64,000 nucleotides of DNA from Eledone cirrhosa (Eukaryota): contig OZ024741.1 in the NCBI GenBank assembly GCA_964016885.1, forward strand, positions 117,800,001-117,864,000, given 5' to 3'. The notes below the pieces were generated by a model. That model was not told where the DNA came from. It made no database searches and worked only from the letters and a program-made list of their open reading frames with translations. Shown here one piece after another: positions 54,201-64,000 of the stretch. The translations under genes and the position numbers were made by a program. Within the stretch, counting starts at the first letter, position 1. Each line of letters starts with the position of its first letter.

Positions 54201-55310
54201 TTAGGTCGCCTGCAATAATTATATAGTCACTGTCGGTTATTTGGGAGGTAGTGAGCATCAGTGTCTCATAGAATCTGTCTTTTATAACGCCAGGGAGTCC
54301 GGATTGGGGCGCGTATGCCGATATTACTGTCACAGTAGTTCTATTTAGAACAAGTCTTATTTTAATTATTCTGTCATTTACTCTATTTACATCTATTATC
54401 TTATCCACCCATTTTTCTGCTAACATGATTCCTACCCCACCTATCCCTTTGTCATTTCCCACCCAGAAGAGCTTATAGCAATGTTTTTTACCCACAATGA
54501 ATCTAGCAGACCCGCCCCTCCACCTGGTCTCTTGGATACAGCAAACATCAACCTCCTTATGTTCAAGCATTTCTACAACCTCATTAGAGCGGCCTTTTAA
54601 GGTGCCTACATTTATGGTACCAACTCTGAAGTTTTGGATTGTGTTTGGAGGATGGGGCGTAGGGAGGGGTGAGGGGGATGGGGTTGGGGTTATGTTGGCC
54701 ATACGCGGCCGAAACAAAGAGGAGGGGGACTTGCCCTTTCGTCCGGCAGCATGAGGTGAATTTGTCGTTATCTTTGACATTGTCATCGAGTGTCCAGATT
54801 CTTCAGACTCTCCAGAAATTCCTTAGTCCATCCATCATATCGAAAAGCAGCCAGAAGTGATAGCATAGGCTGTTGATTTGTGATTGGTCCAAATAATAAG
54901 GTGGAGAGTGGGGGCGGGAGGGAGGGGTATGGGGTAGTTAGCAAAGTGGGGTAGTTAAAAATATAGTTAAAAATACAAGAAGATTATTTAGAAACAACCA
55001 AACAGAATTATAGAATAGAATAAATATGAATGAATGAACCGATAGGCTGGAGAGAGATCAGAAAAATGGCATTTACATTATACTTTCGCAGGAACGAGGT
55101 CTCACCATTTTTTAGCGTTGACAAATTCTGGGATTCTTACCTCGCTACAGGTTTATTTATATTTGGAGAGAGAGAAGGGGGAAGGGAGCGATTGAAGGGG
55201 TGAACTAGCCAGCGCGTAACACGCTATAGTGGGGACGGGGGGTAAAGGATAAGAGGCCATTTTATCAACCCTAGCATTTTTTTTTTTCGGCCAAAAGTGG
55301 GGTAGTTAAA
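51213..55310 (-). mobile_element. Essentially full-length RTE-clade LINE, antisense in the last intron
   Basis: 5' UTR, EN-RT ORF, 3' UTR ending ggacgttaaac(gat)n. Confidence 0.93.
51595..54786 (-). pseudogene. RTE ORF (AP endonuclease, RT, Cys-rich finger), single frame with one in-frame TAG at 52318-52320
   Basis: CIQETRW, SAYAPQ, VDYIL, FVDLEKAFDRVP, HQGS, YADD, CSVC..CPKCKV*VHKRC..CGRC, RLRWYGHV, GRPRKTW. Confidence 0.93.
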
Positions 55311-55311
55311 A

Positions 55312-55751
55312 AAATATACATACAGGTACACATACATATATGTACGTATCAGTTTAGCGGACGTTTATTATAACGCCCGCTTTGTCCATTTGTAAACAAA
55401 CGGACAGCCTGAATTTATGCCGTACGGTGTTAAGGCAACCACGTCACCTTTTTGTTCAACACTGACACAGGAACGATGTACTAGTTTCAAGCTTCTTAGC
55501 TATCATCAGCAAAGTATACCCTTCTGCCAGATGGTTGAACGTTCGAAAGTATATACTTTCCTTATGAAAATTAACGGCTGAGCAGCCTAATTTGCATATC
55601 GAGTGAGTTCAGTCGGCCAGGCGCACCGAAAACGATAAGTTGTAATAGAATGAAAACGAAATTTCATTTCTCACTCTTAGTACGGTACTTACTTAAATGT
55701 AAGTATGTATGTATACGTACATACATATATGTATACAGACTTACAGTAGCA

Positions 55752-55789
<38 letters not shown>

Positions 55790-56025
55790 CAGGTACACAT
55801 ACATATATGTACGTATCAGTTTAGCGGACGTTTATTATAGCGCCCGCTTTGTTCGTTTGTAAACAAACGGACGTTATAATAAGCGGGCGTTATAATAAAC
55901 GTCCGCTAAACTGATACGTACATATATGTATGTGTACCTGTATGTATATATATATATATATATATGCATGCTACTGTATGTCTGTATACATATATGTATG
56001 TACGTATACATACATACTTACATAT
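55312..56025. mobile_element. Non-coding ~470-bp-unit element: partial tandem plus ~150-bp terminal inversion
   Basis: 55312-55400 is repeated at ~55783-55870; 55880-56025 inverts 55697-55849; the matching left flank is at 51082-51212. Confidence 0.85.
55473..55515 (-). ncRNA. Minimal type I hammerhead motif
   Basis: actttg-CTGATGA-t agct aaga agct t-GAAA-ctag-TA-catcgt. Confidence 0.7.
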
Positions 56026-56072
56026 ATATATATAAATATATCATCATAAAATGATGATGATGATATATATAG

Positions 56073-56102
<30 letters not shown>

Positions 56103-56103
<1 letters not shown>

Positions 56104-56755
56104 GCAAAGCATAAACGAACTAAGGAAAAAATTAGAGATAAGAGGGATCAGATGTTGTTTACTCGAGAGAAGGCTACGTTGGTATGGACACGTGATGCGC
56201 ATGAAAGTCGATAGCTGTATAACAAAGTGCAGGGCAATAAAGATAGACGGTAGCCACGGAATAGGCAGACCTAGAAAAACCTGGGACGAGCTGATAAACT
56301 CCGACCTCACACACTTACACCTCTCCAAGACAATGTCACTGGACCGAGACCTTTGGCGGTACTCAGTAACAGAGAAGACCCGCCTTGCCAGTAGGCATCT
56401 CTAACAAAATACACCCCGTCCCGCCACCACCCCCACCCCATCTACACCACCCCGTTCTATGTAAAGTTATGTTGGTGCCGCGCCATCCAGGCCGAAACAA
56501 ATGAGATCGTGTAGGTGTCACGACAAAAAAACACACAGTCCACGCTGTAATGTGGCCGTGTAGGCAACACGGTAAAAACCTCCCAGACCCACACTGTAAA
56601 TGTGGTTGGTGTTAGGAAGGGCATCCAACTGTAGAAAACCTGCCAGACAGTCCTATGCGAGCAAGACAATCACTCTTGCCTCAAGTGGGACTACCCCCGT
56701 CCAAACCCATGCAAGCGTGGAACACGGACGTTAAACGTTGATGATGATGATGATA
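56103..56755 (+). mobile_element. RTE 3' fragment, same subfamily as 51213-55310, opposite orientation
   Basis: Highly similar reverse complement of ~51220-51880. Confidence 0.92.
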
Positions 56756-56795
56756 GCACTATATATATATATATATATATATATAGCACTATATA

Positions 56796-56829
<34 letters not shown>

Positions 56830-57589
56830 GCACTAAGTTCATCCTGTATAGTGCCACAACACCAAAAGTATCCAGTCCACCCTGTAAGGTGATTATGCTG
56901 GTGACACAAAATGCTTCCAGTCCACCCTGTGTAGTGGTCATGTTGGTGACATGAGTAAAAAGCACCCAGTCCACTCTGTAAGGTGGTCATACTGGTGACA
57001 CAACGAAATGCACCCAGTCCACATTGTAACATGGTTGGCATTAGGTAGAGCATCCAGCTGTAGAAACCAAGCCAAAGTACAGATCTATATCAGCAAGACA
57101 TGATCGCCTGACCTGACTTGTTTCATAACGTGACAACCTGTTTAACCCATGTGGAAAAATGGATATTAAACATTGATGATGATGGGTTAAAAATATATAT
57201 ATGTACACACACACATATATGTATAATTATCATCATTCTTATGTTCACTTTTCCATGCTAGCATGGGTTGGACAGGATGTTTTGAGACAATATTTAACTG
57301 CTGGATGTACTTTCTTATGCCAATCCTTTTAGTCACTTTTATGACATGCAGGTATATCGTCATTATCATCATCATCATCATCTTCGTTTAACATCTATCT
57401 TCCATGCTAGCATGGGTTAGACTGTTAATCTATTCTAAAAACAGTATACACAAAAATTCCTAGGCATTAGAAATATGGTAATGAAACGGTGAAGGGGAAA
57501 ACATAGTTTGAGGATGGGAGAGCTATATAATTGGTTGATTAAAAACTATTCATCATCATCACCATCATCATCATTTTATGTCTGTTGTT

Positions 57590-57945
57590 CCATGCTTGCA
57601 TGGGTTGGATAGGTCCTTCTCAGTACAGCATCTCTCCACTTGTCATGTTCCTTTGTCATTTCCTCCGTGAGATCCAGTAATCTGAGGTCAGCTTTCACCA
57701 CTTCCATCCAGGTCTTTCTTGGTCTTCCTCTGCTGCAGTTTCCTTCCATTGGGAATACTTAGCCACTTATTCACCCAGTAATTATCATCCATGCACATCA
57801 TATATCCATACCAACACAGTCTCCTCTCCTCTCCTGCACTACTACTTCTAATTCCTCTTATACCCAGTTTCTCCTTCAGTTCATCCATGCTTTGTCATTC
57901 TCGCACCTTTTCCATTATTATTTTCTCTTCTTCAGCATGTTTCCT
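57590..57945 (-). mobile_element. Older RTE 3' fragment
   Basis: ELKEKLGIRGIR..ERRLCWYG. Confidence 0.75.
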
Positions 57946-57972
57946 CTCTATAATATTTTATTGTAATTGCAG

Positions 57973-58106
57973 GTCTTATCACTGAATACCAGAACAACGA
58001 CTACACCATAAGTTTCTATATTGTCTCAATCATGAATGTAATTGCAATGCTGCCATCATTGATTTTTTACCTCTACAATCAACCAAAGAAAGAATCACAA
58101 AAATAG
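57973..58106 (+). CDS. SLC16/MCT-like transporter, terminal exon (TM12)
   Basis: ttgcag|GT CTT; GLITEYQNNDYTISFYIVSIM...ESQK*; the frame closes to 1629 nt / 542 aa. Confidence 0.85.
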
Positions 58107-59859
58107 GCAACCTCAAATTTAACAAACCTTTTCATTCTTTTTACATATTTGTTTCTTTCTTTGTTTTAACAATGATACACTATTTTCATCACCATTCACT
58201 GAAAATACACACCTATATAAGCAAAGAAATATTCAAAGCACCAAACCCTACTAAAAAAAAGTCAAAAGCAAAATCAATATTTTTTCAAGTATTCAAAACT
58301 TTGTTACTTATACAAAAGTCTTTCATCTCATTAATTGCTTGATTATGTACTGACTCCTCTTTGTGCACATTCTCTAAAGATCACATATATGCACACAGTC
58401 AAGCAAATTTCATATTGTCAGAGTGAAGAACACTCAAACTTCACAGAATATAAGAAAGGTGAGGCGGGGTTGTCTTCTGTACGACGTTCACAAGTTGTCT
58501 ATGTTTTCTGTTCACAGACCTTTCAAAAACGAATTTCTGCCAGGAGTTGTGACTGGTAGATAGGACCAACAATTAAAAGACCAATGGAAACATGGTTTAC
58601 CTCATCCGATCTGATGATTAGATCCTTTCTTCTGCCAACGTTTGTGACCGGCAGATAATATCAGCAATGGAAAGGCCAAAGGAAACATTGTTTTTTGGTC
58701 TGATCTGACGATTGGCTACTTTCCTAAAATCGAATAATTAGTCGACACTCTGAGATAATGGATTCATTTAGGGTATCACTGAGTGTTGTTCAGGCAATAC
58801 TCAAATAAATCGACTTGTGTTGCTAGCATGCAAATATAATATCGATGAATTCCAAATATATATATAAATAAATCATCAGAGCATCGAGTGAATTGAAATT
58901 CTTAGAAAGTATAGAAAATTTTGAACGCAGAAAATAACTGTGAACATAGTTGATTGCTATAAATAATAGTTTACAAAATTGGTAAAGAACCCCAAGTACA
59001 GGAAAAAAGTGGCCCCTCTCCTTTATGACCATGTACACTGAGCTCACTAGTGCTGCAATGATGTAGTGCTGGTGCCACGACAAAAAGCACCCAGTTCACT
59101 CTGTAAGGTGGTAGTATCAAAGTCATGATAAAATGCTCCCAGGACACACTGTAAATGTGGTTGATGTTAGGCAGTGCATCCAGCCATAGAAACCAAACCA
59201 GAATCAGTTCTGTATGAGCAAAACACAGTCATCTGATCTGGTTTGTCTTGCAATGGGACAACTTGTCTAACGTATGCTAGCATGGAAAAACGGTCATTAA
59301 ACGGTGATGATGATAATGATGATGATGATGATAATGATGATCTCTTTCAACACTACTCCCTATGATGTGCAGTTAGCTCATATCTAGCTATATTTTCCTC
59401 TATTTCTCCAACCACCCCACCATTCTGATGTGATGGGCCATCACCTTTCATTCAATCTCAGAAATTTCCATTTGTTTACTATTTTTGACACATAATAATC
59501 ATATCAGTTATATGCTATTTCTGACGCACAATGATATCAGATATATGCTATTTTTTATAACACGCACTTCCACACACATTCACACACTACAATATCAGGG
59601 TCAACAACTTATCAATATAAAACAGATTAGCTGTTGCTCCTGGTTTGTCTCTTTTTGTCTCTTTTTTCCATTTCTTTTCACAGATTATATACAATTCTCA
59701 ATTCTCTTCTTTTCTCCTTTTTCATCACAATTTACTATTTATGAACATTAAGGCCTGAAGTTTACCTGAATACAGGAAACACCTTGTTCCTTGGGTTGCA
59801 CAGTTGGACTACCATTTTGAATTACATTGTCTTTTCATGTTATATATATAGATCAAGGG

Positions 59860-60165
59860 GATTAGGTGTGTGTTTGGGATTGCAAGGCAATGTGTCAGGA
59901 AAAATAGTGATGTTGTGGGGGAGAAGTGTGTCTGGGAGGACTATGGTGCACTTGTCCTCACTGAAACCGAAAAGAAGGCAGCATGGAAGTGTCATTGACT
60001 TATGAATGAGGAGAATGTGTGGGAGGAAGATAGCCTGCCCCAGGTGAACCCTACAGAGTAACCAGCAGTGCAAGTCAGCAACAGTGTAGTATGTAAGGCA
60101 ATTAAGGACATGAAAACAGGCAAATCAACAGGGCCATCAGGAATAGTTGCTGAGATGCTAAAATT
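59860..60165 (+). mobile_element. RTE internal fragment
   Basis: KAIKDMKTGKSTGPSGIVAEMLK matches the 52-54 kb ORF. Confidence 0.8.
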
Positions 60166-60874
60166 TAGTAAATTATATAAGAACCTTACATTAAGTTACT
60201 ATCTTAGTAATGAAATAATTGATAATTTTAGAAAATCCCTTAAAATTGTTCATTAATTAATTAAAATAATGTGTATTTTATTAGATATGCAATCATGAAA
60301 GGGTTAAGAGTCAGAATCTTCCCCACTAGAGACTTAGTGGGACTTCATTAGTTATAGGCTGGTGTGTGGGATGAGAGTCTGTATAGGTGTTGGTGTTTTT
60401 TGTTGTTTTGTTTTGTTGTTTTTTTTGTTGTTTTATTTTTGTTGAGAAAGCACTAAAGCTATAACAGTAAAACATCAAGTCTTTAGATGACATTCAAGAC
60501 TCGTACCTATTGCATTCTGGTCAATTGTTTTACCAATTCCTCTACAGACCACCAGCCACATCTCATTGTTAAATTAGGCTGTTATTTTCTTTATTTTTCA
60601 CATTTTTATAAACTAACATTCTACCTCACCAAATATTATATTTGTTTTACATATAATTTGTTGTATACTCAACAAACCAGCTAGCAATTATATTAATATT
60701 GTATTATATTATATATTATATTAATATTGTATTATATTATATTAATATTGTATTATATTATATTATATTATATTATACTTGCAAGCAGGGAAAAGCGGAC
60801 GTAAAATGATGATGATGATGATGATGATACTATATTACATTATATCATATATTATATTAGACTATTATATTAGA

Positions 60875-61065
60875 AGGGCGGTGGATTGGCAGTATCGGTA
60901 GAGGATCGGACGCCATGCTTTCCAGCATAGTTACGTCCCTTTACGATCTGAGTTCAAATCCCGCCGAGGTTGACTTTGCCTTTCATCCTTACGGGGGTCG
61001 ATAAAATAAAGTACCAGTAATGCACTGGGTAATTGCTGGCCTTGTGCCTAAAGTAGAAACAATTA
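60875..61065 (+). mobile_element. tRNA-derived SINE, full length
   Basis: A and B boxes plus core as at 16275. Confidence 0.9.
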
Positions 61066-61999
61066 TATTAGACTTTTAAAAACTCTAAAAACCCAAATGG
61101 GGAGAACCACGAAAACAAGTGTCCCAAAACAGGGAGAAATGAGACAAAATGGAGAGATTTTACATAATGAAAGCTATACCCATTTTCACAAGAGAAGACA
61201 TCTCTTACCCACCTGAAAGTGGGTAGATCTCTCCGTCAGATGGGGAGAGTTGACAGGTCTGTAATATTATCATCATCATCATCATCATTTCATTTTACGT
61301 CCGCTTTTTCCCTGCTTGCAAGGGTGGGACGGGAACTGATTCTGGCTTGATTTCTACAGCTGGATGCACTTCCTAACACCAATCTCATTTACAGTGAGTG
61401 CTGGGTGCTTTTTTTGCTATGGCACCTACACGTCCACTTTACAGTGGAATGATAGGGACTCCAATCCATATCATCTCATTTCTACAGCTGAGTAAACTGG
61501 AGCAATGTGAAATAAAGTGTCTTGTTCAAGGAAACAACACATCGCCCGGTCTGAGAATTGAACTCACAACCTTTCGATTGCAAGGCCAATGCTCTAACCA
61601 ATTAATATTGTATTATATTATATTATATTATATTATATTATATTATTACATTATATAATGTTAGATTATATTATTTTCTATTATTATATAATATTATGTT
61701 ATATTATATCTGTTTTACACATAATTTGTTGTATACTCAGCATCCAAGAGGCTATGCAAATATCAAGGCTGAAAATACACAGAAAATGTTAACCGGTTAT
61801 ATATTATTTATTGTTTATATTTTTTTCATCTTTAGAATGTTATTGTTCTTTTGACTTATATAGTATTAAAGAGGATAAATTTAATGTAATTTAGTAAAAG
61901 GTGAAGGTTCAGAACAGAGGATATGTTTGCTTAAGTTTAAAATAAACAAACATACAAATTGTTGTGGATGACATTTAGGAAATGGTATCTGACATAAGA

Positions 62000-62062
<63 letters not shown>

Positions 62063-62120
62063 AAGGCTCTGATACCATCAACACTATAAACACAGAGCTG
62101 GCATATCTAAGAACTGACTA

Positions 62121-62176
62121 ACTGCCTGATGAGGTCATAGCCATTCAATGGTTATCATCGAAATATATATAGCAGT
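62121..62176 (+). ncRNA. Type I hammerhead ribozyme motif, intact
   Basis: actgc-CTGATGA-ggtc atagcca ttcaa tggttat catc-GAAA-tatata-TA-gcagt, followed by AATAAA. Confidence 0.85.
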
Positions 62177-62217
62177 AAATAAAGGATTATGAGTTCATGC
62201 AATTGACTTATGTTTCG

Positions 62218-62258
<41 letters not shown>

Positions 62259-62260
<2 letters not shown>

Positions 62261-63058
62261 TCATCATCATCATCATCACCGTTTTACGTCCGTTCTTCCA
62301 CGCTAGCATGGGTTAGACGGGTTGTCCTGTTGTGGGCAGTGTCTGGTCGGCTGACCATGCCTTGCTCATACAGGAACTGATCTGGCTTGATTTCTACAGC
62401 TGGATGCCCTTCCTAACACCAACCTCATTTACAGTGAGTGCTGGGTGCTTTTTCGTGGCGCCTACACGTCCACTTTACAGTGTGGGCTGGGTGCTTTTTT
62501 GCCGTGGCACCTCCACGACCACCTTGCGGTGGGGGGGGGGGGGCATATTGTTTATATACTTCAGCATGTACCCATGGGAGGTCGGGTACCCTGTATTACT
62601 GCGTGACGCCAGAAGTCACGGTCGTGTGTCATAGACTTTGAGAGGTGTAGTTGGGTAAGGTCGGCTTTTATCACCTCATCCCAAGTCATCTTGGGTCTCC
62701 CCACTCCGCGGTTTCCATCAACTTCTAGTGCTCTGCACCTTTTTATGCAGCTGTCATCCTTCATACGCATCACATGTCCATACCAGCGTAACCGCCTCTC
62801 CTGCACGCAGCATTTGATTCCTCTTATGCTCAGTCTCTCTCTCAATTCATTTATGCTTTGTCGTTCACGTATATTACTGTTACACATCCATCGGAGCATG
62901 CAGGCTTCGTTTCTCTCTAATCTACGTAAGTCTTCCACCTTCAGCGCCCAGGTCTCACTACCATGCAACATCGCTGTTCGGATACACGCATCATACAGTC
63001 TGCCTTTCATTCTGAGGGAGAAGCCTTTTGCAGCTAGCAGTGGTAGTAGTTCCCTAAA
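62259..63058 (-). mobile_element. RTE 3' fragment (related subfamily)
   Basis: ORF 62561-63010 is homologous to 51595-52030; (GAT)n tail. Confidence 0.9.
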
Positions 63059-63086
63059 CTATATATATATATATATATAATGCATA

Positions 63087-63120
<34 letters not shown>

Positions 63121-63123
<3 letters not shown>

Positions 63124-63610
63124 GGGACGACCTGATAAACTCCGACCTCACACACACCTCTCCAAGACAATGTCACTGGACCGAGATCTTTGGCGGCACT
63201 CAGTAATAGAGAAGACCCGCCTTACCTAAATACAAAGTAAAACCTACTACAGTTAGTAGGCATCTCTAACAAAATACACCACCGTCCCGCCACCCCCACC
63301 CCATCTACACCGCCCCTTTCAATGTAAAGTTATGTTGGTGCCACAACATCCAGGCCGAAACAAATGAGATCGTGTAGGTGTCACGACAAAAAACACACAG
63401 TCCACGCTGTAATATGGCCGTGTAGGCAACACGGTAAAAACCTCCCAGTCCCACACTGTAAATGTGGTTGGTGTTAGGAAGGGCATCCAGCTGTAGAAAA
63501 CCCGCCAGACAGTCCTATGCGAGCAAGACAACCACTCTTGCCTCAAGTGGGAAAACTCCCGTCCAAACCCATGCAAGCGTGGAACATGGACGTTAAACGA
63601 TGATGATGAT
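63121..63610 (+). mobile_element. RTE 3' fragment (51-kb subfamily)
   Basis: Near-identical reverse complement of 51225-51708. Confidence 0.9.
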
Positions 63611-63659
63611 ATATATATATATATATATATAAATATATAATGCATATATATATATATAT

Positions 63660-63910
63660 TTTTGCCTTAACTCTCCTGCTCTGAGCCAGTGTTACAGTAA
63701 AGCCAGAGTCCTGGTGTTTCTCCAGTGCAAGGCGCATACAATAGTCCACTACGATGATAAAAAGGTAGGGAGCCAATGTATCTCCCTGGAACACTCCAGC
63801 CAGTATCTCAAAGAACTCTGTCATCCCATCAGGTGTAATGAGTTGGGCTTTGGTGTTGGTGTAGAGCGGTGATATCAGGTCTACTAGCTTCTTGGGGATT
63901 CCATGGGCTG
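63660..63910 (-). mobile_element. Non-LTR RT fragment of another family
   Basis: AGVFQGDTLAPYLFIIVVDY. Confidence 0.75.
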
Positions 63911-64000
63911 AGAACGAATGAGATTAAGACAAAATATCTGGTAGAGAATATTAAGACGCCAGAGAAGATTACTAATGTAGGCGGGAAGTTGCTAGAATTG

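Overview
AT-rich, repeat-dense eukaryotic DNA. The SINE/LINE families and microsatellite load suggest an octopod cephalopod (inference from recall, not tested). One host gene is well supported: a + strand MFS transporter of the SLC16/monocarboxylate-transporter type, with 4 coding exons (43331-43526, 47168-47311, 49570-50724, 57973-58106; 542 aa). A possible extra in-frame first exon lies at 30267-30556. The rest is mobile DNA: a nearly intact RTE LINE antisense in the last intron (one in-frame TAG), other RTE, Tx1 and Penelope (Naiad-like) remnants, a hAT-type transposase relic, a Helitron fragment, MITEs, many tRNA-derived SINEs, and mini/microsatellites. The most striking signal outside the ORF track is a set of minimal type I hammerhead-ribozyme motifs (stem I - CUGANGA - stem II - GAAA - short, usually palindromic stem III - UH - stem I'). 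They occur at about 10 positions in several unrelated non-coding repeat families. Several of these families share a 'partial tandem plus inverted end, next to (TA)n' architecture, like Penelope pseudo-LTRs or retrozymes, and one carries a compensatory U3-A8 core variant.
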